A stretch of 64,000 nt of DNA from Octopus sinensis (Eukaryota), in contig NW_021835993.1 of NCBI RefSeq assembly GCF_006345805.1, forward strand, positions 248,001 to 312,000, given 5' to 3'. A model generated the notes under the pieces. It saw only the letters and a list, made by a program, of their open reading frames with translations. It did not search any database and was not told where the DNA came from. The translations under genes and the position numbers were made by a program. This document shows positions 36,960 through 49,439 of this stretch, piece by piece (positions within the stretch are counted from its first letter, which is position 1; every line of letters begins with the position of its first letter).

Positions 36960-38256
36960 TCTTCTTGCATTTCCATATTGCAAATAATTTTATCTTCAAA
37001 TCTTTCAATTTTTTCGGATTTTGCAATAATTTAGTCTTCATCATCGACCAATCATGCTTAATCGGATATCGATGTTTATTGGCACCGATCGTGTCAAGCG
37101 TATAATTTTCTGTTAGGAATCTTTTTTGGCCATCCTAGGCCCAGTAGATTGCGTAGTTGTTTTCTGTGAAACGTGTCCATTTTATGTAATGTACATTGCA
37201 GAGGTTAAAACTCTCCGGTACATCATGTCCTCACTATCACCAAGTAATGATCCTAATTTCTTTTTTTTCCTCCAATTTTCATCAATATATTTCGATTCCT
37301 TTGCGATTCTTACATGTTCAGTCTTTTCTTGATTAACGTGCAAACACCATCTCTCAAATTCGTTTGGAATTTTCTTCAAAACAGATGCAAGTCCTGATCA
37401 TTTTCTGGCACAAAGTCTATGTCGTCTGCATATACAATTTCCATCGGCATCGATCCTTCTTACTTTGTTCTGAGATCTCTCAGTGCTGTCTTCGGTTATA
37501 CTATTAATAGAACCGGAGATAGGGTTCCCCTGAGGTGTTCCAATTGTTGTTTCGATAGGATTTGATAACTCGGTTGTTTAATTTTTTAATTGCCAAGTCA
37601 GTTTCCTTTGGGGATATTGCTAAGTTCAGACTTCTTGGTGATTTGTCAAACGGTTCAAGGGTCGAGGTATCATTCTTGTTTAAAAGGCCTGAAAAATATT
37701 CGTCAATAATCCCAGTTTTTTCTTTATTATCCAATACATTTCTTCCTTGACTGTCGTGTACACTCCTTTCTTAGGTTGCACTCCTCTCTGCAAAAGGCGA
37801 GCAGCACGAAACATTTTCGTTCCGTATCTCATCCTCTCAATTTCACTGACACTTTCATGTATTTTTCTGACATAAATTTCCTTCTTCCTTTTTTGATCTT
37901 CCTGACAGCACAACTCCTTTCTCTTCGTAGCACGTTATAAGTATCAGGATCTGTGGTAGATTCCATTTTGAGTCTTATTTTCTTCTGTTTATCGGATAAA
38001 AGTTCAATTTCCTTATCGAATACTCCTTTGAATCCGGACGGTTTTTTTCCCAAGCACATATTTTCTTTATTCCTTCAGCCACTGAATCCCAAACCACTGC
38101 AGGGGGATTTTCCATATTTACGTTCATAATTTCTTTCTTAATTGCCATACAATAATTTTCGCGAGTCTTCTCACATAAACATAATTGTTCCACTATAAAA
38201 CGGTTTGTACTGATTTTTTTCTTTTGAACTCCATCTATTCCAAAGTATCTTTTCAT
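36960..38256 (-). mobile_element. RTE-like LINE remnant
   Basis: GTPQGNPISP, IVYADDIDFV, KKLGSLLGD; frameshifts and an internal deletion. Confidence 0.8.
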
Positions 38257-38289
38257 TCTGAATCTTACAACAAGCAGTTTATAATTTGC

Positions 38290-38600
38290 CCACCTGAGAT
38301 CAAAACACCCGAATCTGTGTCTTGCACGCTCAACCCATCAGAAGATGAAATCAACTTCTCAATTCAATCTTTTGGCGAAAGCACCTGCGGCGGACTTGAT
38401 GGCCTCCGCCCGGGGCACATCAAGAACTTCACCTCTCCCTCAACTGGCGAGGCAGGCAACTCTCTGATATCCGCTATAGCCGCTCTAATCGGCAAGATAC
38501 TGAACGGGGATATCCCGCCGGATTGGACAGAGGGGACGGCAAACGCCCGGATGGGATGACTACCTCCCCATTCCGCTCACCTCATGCTTCATGAAAAACC
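38290..38600 (+). mobile_element. Internally deleted CRE-like element
   Basis: SFGESTCGGLDGLRPGHIK joins directly to GGATTGGACAGAGGGGACGGCAAACGCCCGGA ([10 protein letters not shown]), the same sequence as in the copy at 48300-48420. Confidence 0.75.
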
Positions 38601-38714
38601 TGGTACGGGGATCTTGCAAGGTGATTTCCTATTGCCCCAAATTATTTGTTTAGTAAGTAGACATAATTATTCTCGGAATTCAACCGTTAAAAAAGATAGC
38701 TAAACTAATTAATG

Positions 38715-38800
38715 GCCTCGCGAGACACCCGGCCAGGTTAGCGAATGGCGAAGCCGTTCCCTCGGATCACAGCAATCGACAGACGTTCCAGGAGCCCATG
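38715..38800 (-). mobile_element. CRE-like extreme 3' fragment
   Basis: LLERLSIAVIRGNGFAIR* on the minus strand. Confidence 0.55.
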
Positions 38801-39434
38801 TAGCGGGTAAAGTTAACCCAATCGGCATGGTTGTAGTCGTATGGGGACTGATTTTCTGAAAGTGAATTTGACTTGGACTTGTATGACTATCGGGTTATGG
38901 TCCCTCTCTAAGTCGTAGATTACCTTCGATTAGTCAATGACACCAGGTTAGCAGAGCAAAGAGTCAGGTCGGGAAAAGTAAGTTTGTCCTTTCTCTTGTG
39001 TAGGGTTCTTGTGTTCAAAGACAGATTGATAAGAATGACGAGGTTATCAAGTTGCTCAAGCAGGGACTTTCCTCTCGAGTCAAGTGTTTGTGACTTAAGC
39101 CACTGCGGGTGCTTTGCATTCAGGTTCCCGCAAATAAGAAAGTTTTTAAGCTTGTCAACCGGGAGGAAATCTGAGTAAAACTTTTCGGGCATAATCCAAT
39201 TGGTGGAATGTACATATTGCAAATAAGTAAATTTCCAACTAGAGTAGGTATGGTAATTGCAGAAGCCTCCAGGCATCCGTTTCGGTTAAGTTTAGCGTTA
39301 ATGAATGCGGAACTTTCCTGGTAGTTGATATCCTTCTTAATGAGAGTCATAAGACCGGTTCCGCATTCATAAGACTTGTCAGAAAAATTACCAGCATCGT
39401 TAAAAGTATCGAAGAAACCTCTTACGCAGACCAT
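38800..39434 (-). mobile_element. Jockey/CR1-like LINE APE endonuclease remnant
   Basis: LLICNMYIPP, ICGNLNAKHPQW, FPDLTLCS and ADW; frameshifted. Confidence 0.7.
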
Positions 39435-39927
39435 TTACATTGTTTTTAGGCTTTAATATTTGTTTTAATATTTTAACTAAAATTTTGCGAGCTTTCTCTC
39501 ATCATCTTAGGCTCTAAAAATGTCTTTGTTCATTAAGCATGTTATTCCCTCTCAGTTTTGGCGGGTACATTGGTCAAGAGATATATGATTCCTGCTTCCG
39601 TTTAAAATTTCAAATAACACCAAACATTAAACAGAAAAATAAAGAACATCCAGAAGCTCCAGAAAACAAATTTCTGGGTGCGCTCTCTGACAAAAAGAAA
39701 GCACCAAAACCAATGACGCAATCGACAATACAACTTGAATGTTTAATCATATCCCTTCTTACCAATAAAAATCCTGAAAATGGAAATTTTATTTAATAGA
39801 TATATCTACTCAATCTCGGAGGGTTTCTGATTTAAAAAACACCCACTCAGTGTGAGAGCCGAGAGGAAGAGAATCCCCGATCCAATATAAAAAGTAGTGG
39901 TCACTCCGATAGACTCGACAGATTTGC

Positions 39928-41853
39928 CTAAAATAAGACAAAGCATCCACCAAATCCAATAATCCCCAAAATGTAGCCAATCCCCTTAATAAACATGTGA
40001 ATTGTCAAGGCGGGTGTGAGTTTCCTTATTCCAAGCACATTGCAGAATATCAGGGAAGGGTTGTAGAAAATTGCACCTAGCAATGACCATTTGAAAGTCA
40101 AACCATAGCAAAGTCCATACGCCAAACAGACGAGGACCATTGCAGGCAAAGACCCTCTCAGAATGGGCATGAGGAGTAGACTAACAAATATCAAGTAGAA
40201 TGCCGCCCGGTTATATGAAAACACGTCTACTAATTCCCGACTATGAAGCCACTGACAAGTCTGGAAACCATTCCACCGATGCCTCAAGGTAATAATGAGA
40301 TAATTACCCATAACCGATATGAGGATATCCCCGTGTTTGCAGGTATCGTTTGTAAGCTGAATCATAAATAAATAAGGTATCAAAACGACAAAGAACATGA
40401 TAAAAGAGGCCACGTAGAATCGCACAATAAAATTTGAATTCCAAATGGACCTGTCAAAAAACATATCAGTCCTAGGACGGTTATGGATGACATCATCCAA
40501 AGAGGGAATATTGATAAGACTGCGTATATCATGTTCGTTGTGAATAACTCCCATTTCCTGTAAACTTTGTCGACTTGCAACGTGAAAAAGTTCCAATTTG
40601 TTAAAAGGACTCAACACAATTCGTTTAATCCACTTCACTAATAGTTTTTTGGCCTTTTCTGTCACGCACTCAGAAACATTCTTTTGGACAAATTTTGTTC
40701 TAAACAAATCGCCTTCACTTGCACTGATTAATGACTTGTCCGCCACTTTGTTCTCCATCAGGCGAATGAGTCGACTTAACAGTTCTGGGAAGTTGTTGCT
40801 GTCTCGCCGTATTGCTCTTATTTTGCTGTACGTACTTCCCTCACATGTGGTAGAGATGGCAGTAAGACAAGAAATGTTTCCATGAGAATATTCCGGCCTT
40901 TCCATCTTTTTCTGACAAGTCGTCAGTCCGCTTATGATCTTGTCGGCAATCGATTTGGTAGGTTTAGCGAGGAATGGGTGACTGGGAATGTCTCCGAGTG
41001 ACCAGTGGTATGTCCTACTCTATTTAACTAAAATTCACGTTTGATGTTGAAATGAATTTTCTGTTTCCAGACTTTCAATTGAAGAGGAGACCAATTTTAT
41101 TGACTGGTGAGGGAGAGAATTTCGAGCTGTTTTGCTTGTTCGGGTAGAGAGAGTGGTTTCATTGCGAGAGAGGCAGGAATAGAGAGTGTTACCAGTGCTG
41201 CCACTATGAGAAGAGTGCCAGTCCAGTTATATTTGTGAAGAGCACTCGATAGGAGGACAGGGAAGACACTCGAACCAAAACTAGACCCCATGCTCGAAAG
41301 TCCCAAAGCTATTGGTCTCCGTCGATCAAAGTAGAAGCCCACCATGACCTGGGCACTGAGTGATAGTGTGCAGAAAGCAATCCCTAACATTCATAAGCAT
41401 GGCCTCACCCGGAAATATTCCTAGAGTGAAAAACAGGACGACAATATTTGATACAAAATATGAAGAAATAAAGGCCGCAGACGCAAGAACTGCAGATAGT
41501 AAGCAGATCGGCCGCACTCCGAAACGGTCGAGAAGAAATCCAATCAAAGGTCCTGGTATAAAGAGTTGGATAGAACCTGAGGCGTATGTGAGGGAGTACA
41601 TAATCGAAATAATCAAGGATACTGTTGAAAGAGACACATCGAAGGTGGTTTTAATTTTTGGAATTAATACTCCAATTCCACCGAGAATTCCGTCCACAAT
41701 CGTATTGAAAATGAAAGCTGCGGACACAATCACCCATCCCCACCCTCCGTCAGGTGGAAGGGGAAGAGATACCATATTTGCTATAAGTTCCCGTTCTAAT
41801 TGAAATTCTTCTGGAAACTGCAGCTGTCCAATTTCATCGAACGTGTCTTCCAT
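39928..41853 (-). CDS. SLC16/MCT-family MFS transporter
   Basis: PPDGGWGWVIV, YFDRRRPIALGLSSMGSS and multiple TM segments. Confidence 0.9.
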
Positions 41854-41959
41854 GATAAATAACAAGAATCGGCTTGCGGCATTATTAAAAAATTGCATTA
41901 TTTCAACGTAAAATGGTCGACCGCAACTGCGCATGTCCAAGCACGGTCATTGATTAGAT

Positions 41960-42125
41960 AATGAAAGTCGGACCGAGGCGTCGCTTCCTGACGCCTGCCA
42001 CTTCTTACAATCGCCGTGATTGGGCCCCAGGGAAAGATGATGAAACCAGCTGACTGTACCAGAGGGCATTGATAGCAATCTAGAGAGGTAACTCGCTTGC
42101 TTTCCGAAGTGCGGCCACTGCCGAA
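41960..42125 (+). mobile_element. Decayed CRE-like 3' fragment
   Basis: ETS*LYQR..IAI*RGNSLAFRSA matches the CRE ORF terminus. Confidence 0.45.
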
Positions 42126-42284
42126 TCCTGATTTTCAAAATTAGCGAATAAATTTAATTAATTTCACACAAATAAACTAGTTAAGATAATCTAATCTAAT
42201 TGCTTCAAATAATTAAAATAAATTACATATGAGTAAAATAAATAAATTTCAATTTCTTTTAATTTGACCGGGCAAAATGAAACA

Positions 42285-42321
42285 GGCCAATCAGAACAAC
42301 TTAATGACTCACGGCCAATCA
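42285..42321. promoter_or_regulatory. Two CCAAT boxes flanking an AP-1-like site
   Basis: GGCCAATCA at 42285 and 42313, TGACTCA at 42305. Confidence 0.4.
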
Positions 42322-42492
42322 ATAAACATGACTAAACAGACTTTCTATACCTGAAATGTTAATGAAATAAATAATACTTTGAAATAAAAGGATGCTCGAT
42401 TAACTGGACGGCACTCCACCTTTTAAGTGGATCGTTGTCACACATCCTACCAAATATAGAGACGGAATTACATTTTTAACAAATCTTTGGCC

Positions 42493-43447
42493 TCATCCGA
42501 AAAAACATTGGGAGCACAGATCTCTATTTCGTTCACTTGAATAATGAGTTTTTCCACGGAGTACTGCAAATCCAACTATGATTACAAACCTGAGTAAGAG
42601 GGTTCCATCCTCTGAACAAATATTGGAGAATATAAATCCCAAAGAATAAATATCCAACTGAAATGTTGGTGGGGAATACCTTAGGGGTGTATGTCCCACT
42701 CCTCTTCCTCCGTTCTGGAGCCATGTAATGAAAGGTCGTATTCATCGGCACTTTGGAGATGCCGCTGTGGATGGCACCGGCCGATCCAAAATCTATAATC
42801 CTTGGACCCATCCAAGGCGAGACAAATATTTCGAGGATTGAGGTCCCCATGAAAATACATTTTATGCTAAAATTAAATAAATAAATAAACAATGCGGATG
42901 AGAGCCGACAGCAAGTCTCCGATGACCAAGGAGGCTCTTCGCTCGAGACTGGCAGGACATGCGTTCTTCACTTCATCGGATTGGAAATATTTGTAGAGAT
43001 CTAACTGTCAATCATCAAGAAATACCGTTCTCATAATACTCTGTGATTATTCCCTCACTAACATCCGTATTGAGGATCCTCACGACGTAGGGATGACAGC
43101 AGTGGGCCAAAATCCTCATTTCTCTATCGAGGGAACTATAACAATATATTATTACATTTTTACTTATAATCCTTATTTATTCGAGTCTTTACACACACGA
43201 GGAAACTCCATCGTGGGTCTTTCTTGACAGTCACTTTGGAAAATGCACCTTGATGGGAAAACATGTGCTTCAAAATATTATTTAAATGATTATATATTAA
43301 ACTATATTTGATTAATAATAAATAAAATAGAATTTTAAACTCGAGGAAGTATTTTCCTGAAAGAGTCTCCGATGAACCAATTTTTCTATCAAGTATTGAA
43401 AGGATTGATGGGTTTTCGTGGAGAACCACTAGTCCCAATTTCAGCAC
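42493..43447 (-). pseudogene. Divergent protein kinase with a +1 frameshift (pseudogene or sequence error)
   Basis: QGAFSKV, HGDLNPRN, IIDFG, YMAPE, DIYSLG; HGD and DFG are out of frame by one base at 42800-42801. Confidence 0.6.
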
Positions 43448-43741
43448 GTGTCAATATGGTTTATCCAAGCCTTTACCAGGGACTTTCAGATCTATGTGAC
43501 TAGAAACGTTAGGATTATCAATGAATATTTAAAGTACGATTTTTTTCGGATTTGCTGTTTTTTTCGACTGCTTTTTTCATTTAGATTTGTGAACATCATG
43601 AAGAATGCGGTCTCCATAATTACAGGGTGGCTTTTTCCTGAAGTTCTTGTTAGCCCCCCTCGAGACACTTCTTAGTCTGAGACACATCTTCGTAAGTAGA
43701 TTATTTATCACAAGTTCTCCGAAATTTAAAAGAATTCAGAC

Positions 43742-44610
43742 ATGGTCCATCGTATTAAGACTCTCAGTGGTCATGTTGAAGCGTCTGAAGAGACAATTAG
43801 CTTGAATCCTCCTGATCCTCGCATGTGATCGAAAAAATAAAGGCATCATTTTTGTTATGAGCAGGAGATAGACTTTTTACCTGCTTTCTTTTTTCGCAGT
43901 GCTGATCATATTTTGGAAATTGAAAACTTTTAGCTGATCAAAACTCCAGTCACGTTCTTGTTATTGCCAAAATTAAAAATGCTTCAGGACTAAAAAAACT
44001 TTGATAGCATCCTACAAGCATCAGAACAGATCATGGTTGTTGAGAAGACCTAGAGGGAGAATTACCCATTCAGGTTCCAAAACTTCAAAAAATGATGTTT
44101 GGTGAAATGACGGTAGGTAAATATCCTGTTGAAACAGTTTGTCTAATGAAAAATACAGTGATTGCTACGGAAAATGATTTTAACTATGAAAAATTCTTTT
44201 ACAAAGACGTAGCGCGTCGCGTTTTTAAAGATATTTTTTTTAGGTTTCTATTGCGGCTGTTAAGACAGCTTATACGGAACATGGAAAAGCAGTCATTGCT
44301 TTAAAACAATTAAGTTCACAGCATGTGTGAGGTTCGCTTTGGTCGTAAGATGCCAATTATTTCCATTACTCCAGAAGAAAGCACCTATCACCAATTGACT
44401 TTTTGTTGAGTACCTGTTCATACTCCTGTTGAATGTGTAAAACAAAAGGCTATAGCAATTTGCTTTGCTCTGCAATATAGAATTCTTCACTACGAAGATC
44501 TTATCGTTGTCACTTTTGACAATCCTTTTAGTGTAAGCGGAACTACCGATATGATACTTGTTGATAAAATTGGAGATGTCCTGGTCCTGGGATTGTTACT
44601 AAGAATAGTC
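43742..44610 (+). pseudogene. pyk: Pyruvate kinase pseudogene, intronless, bacterial-type C-terminus
   Basis: EQEIDFLPAFF, IAKIKNASG, NFDSILQASEQIMV, ELPIQVPKLQKMM, GKYPVETV, SGTTDMILVDKIGDVL; stops, frameshifts and deletions. Confidence 0.75.
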
Positions 44611-45376
44611 TTAGAAGAATTCCGAGAGGCGGCTGAAATTTATTGCAAGCAAGTACAACGAACGATACTCAAAGAACATAAACTTATCTGATGTCAAGAA
44701 ACTGATGATTCCAAAGAAGGCCGATAAAGCTAGAACGATCACCCAAAAGCAAGAAAACGTAGCACATTTGAACGTGGAAATTTCTAAATTCAAAGCTTGT
44801 CTTGAGGATTTAAATATACAAATTGAGAAGGTGAAAGGTATTCCAAGAGAGTCTCGGAAACTAACTCCTAAGATACAGAGGAAATTCATTAAACTGGAAA
44901 TAATCCAAGTGCTAAATTCGGCATTTATTATATTATTAAGTCTACTCCCCATAGAAGCATCGAGAAGATTTCGCAATCACCGTATCTGTCCTTAACTTAT
45001 AAAATTAGGACTAATTCTAACTGAGTTGAAGCTACGGAAAAAAATGGGAATCACTTTCAAGGACCGCCTGAAGCAGGTCGAGGTCGAGAAATGCCACAAA
45101 TACGATCTATTGGCAGGGGAGATGTCCATTCTTTACGACGCTCAAGTGAAAATAATTTCACTGATTTTGACTTGGGACGGGCTCGTTTCCAAGTTTTTTA
45201 AGAACTACATTGAAAAGTTGGCTATCGAAGACGGAACTCAAACTTATATACAGTCAGTTGTGTTGAAGAAAATACTGGAGAGCATGATTGTTGAGCACAG
45301 GCACGGGATCAGAATCACTGTTGAGGAGATAATGGATGTTATTTATTTATTTATTAAATCACCAAGACCACGGTAA
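44610..45376 (+). mobile_element. REL-type non-LTR retrotransposon fragment (C-terminal endonuclease end)
   Basis: GITFKDRLKQVEVEKCHKYDLLAGEM...IISLILTWDGLV...YIQSVVLKK; assignment of the upstream part is weaker. Confidence 0.6.
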
Positions 45377-45493
45377 AAACCGAACAAACGTCACGTGATC
45401 TTGATGCACTCAACCAGGGACCTCATCCTTATGTTAAAAATAATTTATATATTTTCTTATTAGTAATTATAAATTGAAAATCCAGTTAAGTAT

Positions 45494-46661
45494 TCATTTG
45501 TTTTTATATAAAATTCCTCGGATTTTCTTGTTTTTATTGAGCGGATTAAAACTTAGATTAAAATATTTGTAATTACCTTCTATGAAAATGATGATAAGAA
45601 GCGAAACAGCAACCGATGAGCCCAAAAATATATAAAAATCTACAATTTCATTTAATTAAACAGACATTTATTTTCTACTTTATTTTTTTTCTGTGGTGTT
45701 TTCATTGAATCTGGATCCGTTATCTCTAGTGAACTAATATTTTGTTTCCATTCCATCAGTTCTGATCCGATTCTGTATAAGGCGATTTCACCATCTTCGT
45801 TCTCAGGAAGATATTCTCCATGTCTCTCGAAGGATTTATTTATATAATAAATTTCCGTTGGTCCGTTAGGTAGTTTGAATTCTAAGGATAGATAAATTTC
45901 TTCTAATTTCGAATTCCATAATTCTATAGAAACGGGATCTAATTATGAGTATAGAAATGTATCACAATCTTCGATTTCTTTACAAAGTGCGTAGTCGTCG
46001 ATATAAATACAGACACGAGCCAACCTGAAATCATAGTCCATTGTTTCCACGTAGAAATTAAAAAATTGTTTTGATAGTAGACAATTTCGAGTTTTTTTAG
46101 AACATAAGGAAAAACTATTTTTAATCTTGTATAAAATACCAAAATATAACTTGGCGTAATTTACAGATATCCAATATCTGAACACAAAATTATCAGCTTC
46201 TTCAATTTTGACTGTATTACTAGGACACACATATGCATATTCAGTTCCGTTTTTCATCTTTAAATTATATATTCAACATATAAACCATTATTATGTTGCC
46301 TTTAGTTAAATGTCCAAACATTTTCCGTTCAAAACAAGCTTCAAGGCTTCCGTTTTTGTCTATATAAAAATTTGCGTGTGGATATTCTACTATATTTCCA
46401 AATCTCAAACCAGTGTAATAAATATGATATTCATTATGACCACAAAACCGTGTTACATACTGATGGGAATTTTGATATAATTCTTCACGTACTTCTAAGA
46501 ATAAAATTTTATTTAACAATTTTAACCATTACGATTAAAACAATTTGGATCATCGAACATGTTTTCATTCTCCCAAAACAGTAATTCTAATAAAAACTGA
46601 TTGTAAACAAATTACCTTTGTACATAATAGAAGTTGAAAACAGTAATAATACAACAAACAT
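45494..46661 (-). CDS. Orphan type I membrane protein
   Basis: Signal peptide MFVVLLLFSTSIMY, Cys/Tyr-rich ectodomain, TM FYIFLGSSVAVSLLIIFIEVLI and basic tail; joined in frame by six introns of 25-32 nt. Confidence 0.65.
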
Positions 46662-46853
46662 TTTAACAATCACGAGATAAATAAGTTATCTGTACTTTTA
46701 TAGATGCCATTTTGTTTCCTAAAACGCGCAACGACCATTTTTAGATATTAAATGTCACAGAAATTAAACATAATTTATTTCCTTTTAATAATATTTTTAA
46801 TACATGTCAACAATATTTTTTATCCGTGAATTTTTTTTTTAAAGTATGATTAA

Positions 46854-48605
46854 TTTTTTTTTATGAAAAATCGGATTAAAATTACAGATTTACTCAGGGT
46901 GATAAGAGTACTACTATCGAACACAAAGCTCAAGGTGCGGGTCGGCAACGGCGTTTTCCCCGTGAATTCACGTGCAACGTCGTCGGTACCCCTCAGGGAG
47001 ACCCCTCTCGCCGTTGCTATTCGTGATCTATCTGGAGACGGCACTACGAGACCTTCGAAAATTCTATGCTGGCAATATCGTCGAAATTGTATATGCAGAT
47101 GACGTCGACTTCGTGTCAGACGACAAATCGGCCTTACTTCGACTCCTTGAAGTGGCACCTGCTGAGCTGAACAGATGGTTCCTTAAAATGAACGTTGGAA
47201 AAACCGACATCGTTGAAATCATGAGGATGGAGAGCAGCTCAAGTGAAGCCTGGCGCAAAACGAAGAAACTCGGTTCTCTACTTGGGGACGGCCATGATAT
47301 TGTCAGAAGAAAGGCTCTCGCTTGGGCCACGATGAACAAGATAAAGAAAGAGTGGATCGGCAAACGACGACTCTGTACGTCACTTCGTCTGAGGATGTAT
47401 GAAGCCTTTGTCAAACCAATCCTGACATATAATTCGGCGACCTGGGGAATGTCTAGTACGAACAACGTGGACTCGATTCTTTTCACCGCAGGCAACTTAG
47501 ATCCCTACTGGGATTGAACTGGCCTATAAGAATCAACCAGGAATCGCCATACAATAGATGCAGACTGGCCCTCTGAGTGTGGAAATCGTTAATATGCGGT
47601 GGAGGTTATTTGGCCATATTCTACGAATGGACATGCTTGCCCCAGCTAACATAGCAATGGAGGGCTACTTCCTGAAAGAGGGATCGAGCTTCCGTGGACG
47701 TCCACGTGTTACGCTGCCGGAAACACTTGACGGAGACCTGAATGTGTGAAGAAAAGGCTAAGGAGTGGTGAGGATCTGGACGAGCTGAGGAAACTCGCTC
47801 ACGACAGAGGAGGTTGGAGGAGGCTGGTTCAAAGGATTGTTTTTAATGCTGCACGAGTAAAATTATAACTAATATGATTCTACGTATGTTGCAAATAATA
47901 ATAATAATAATAAGATTTACTCAGGGGTTATAGCCCAGCCGAACGGATTGCTTGTGCGTTCCCGTGCACGATTGCGAGCGAATTCCGTTTAACAGCTACT
48001 GCCCTGCTATCTTTCTTCCACCTTGCCTTCTATGAATTCCGTTTGCTTAGTTCTACTTAATGAGCTCCGAAATAATCCTCTGCCTCAACCAAGAGGACTC
48101 GCGAGCATCCATCTTCTTCCGAGCAATGAGGATACCGAGGTCTTTTAAGAAGCATGAGGTCAGCGGACCGGAAGCGCCTGATGTCTCAAAAGCCACCGGC
48201 ACGAAGGAATTCCGAGTGGCCAGATTCTTGACTTTTCTACTTTACGGGCTTCCGCCAGGGCCGCGACCGAGCAGATGACGGTAGAGCGGATGGGGACCAC
48301 GTGTCTGCGCACGTGGCGTCCCAGATCAGGCAATTGCCATTCCGGAATGGGAAGGTGGTCATCCCGTCCGGGCGTTTGCCGTCCCCTCTGTCCAATCCGG
48401 CTGGTTCAAGCACATTGGGGAAGCCAGCAGCGTTGAGAGCTCTTGAGATTACGTCGTTGATTGCTCTATGGCGAGGCCAGCGGCCTGCGCTTCGGCGGCA
48501 GGAGAGGGGGTGAAGGCCTTTCACGTCCACCGTACCTCCGCATCGACAGGGATGAGGGGCGCAGACATCGAGCCCCAGCCGAAGAGCGACCCCGATGCGC
48601 AGTGT
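46854..48605 (-). mobile_element. 5'-truncated CRE-like element with poly(A) end, interrupted twice
   Basis: RIGVALRLG...CRCG...RHRAIND...DGKRPDG...WDATC; terminus LAIVHGNAQAIRSAGL*; short 3' UTR and A9 tail (T run 46854-46862). Confidence 0.8.
46900..47912 (+). mobile_element. 5'-truncated RTE-like LINE with (TAA)n tail and 14-bp TSD
   Basis: IVYADDVDFV, WRLFGHILR; TAA repeat tail; AGATTTACTCAGGG at both 46886-46899 and 47913-47926. Confidence 0.9.
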
Positions 48606-49132
48606 TTCGTGAATTTATTTTTTATTATAATTACCAAATTTCTAAGAATAATATATCAATTAATGCTTCTGCTTTCAGTCAGTTCTCGTATTTTAAAAGT
48701 TTTTTATGTCAACTTTATCACTTTTTGAGTTTTATATCTGCGCTTTCCATAAACTTAATTTCTTAACGAAGCTATTGATATATCCATAAATTTGGTAATT
48801 TAGCTTATTTCCCCCTTTAGTTCGACATTTAGGGCAGACAGATGCACCGATAGATCCACATAAAATGCTAAATCTGCTACCCATCCATTCTCTTTCAATA
48901 ATGCATTGTCCACTTTATTTTCAGTGAATAAAATAATTTCAGGAAGTTGATAAAATCTATTTATAAAAATAAAAAAAATTAACCTTTTGAGACAAGAGTA
49001 ACAGTTTCGTTACTTAGAGGTTACTTTTGTGCAATATCGAAAACAGCGGGCGAACAACATTCCGATAAAAATATTTCAATTGCCGTTTTGAAAAATAAAA
49101 TATTTATAGAAACATAAGCCATTCGATTAAAT

Positions 49133-49178
49133 CCTAGGGGCCACATGCGGCCCCAGGGGCTGCACTTGAGAATCACTG
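49133..49178 (+). mobile_element. Solo hAT right-end remnant
   Basis: GGCCACATGCGGCCCC...TTGAGAATCACTG followed by the hAT target-like 8-mer GTCTAAAT. Confidence 0.55.
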
Positions 49179-49439
49179 GTCTAAATGTAATAAAATTAAA
49201 CTGCTTACTGATCGGATCCGTGGGCTTTGGCTTTTTCTTATTGAAGAATTTCCTAGACTGACCAACAGTCTCAAGTCTTCCACGTGTTTCGTTGCAGCTG
49301 ATTCTTTATCCAGGATCGACAATCTCGCCCACGAATCCTTAGTATTTTATCTTAATCGAGGATCTCTGGTGACGGTTTTCCCCGTGACACCCTACCTATA
49401 CGTTTCGGATAGATCAAGATCCGCTCTTGTGCGGACCTA

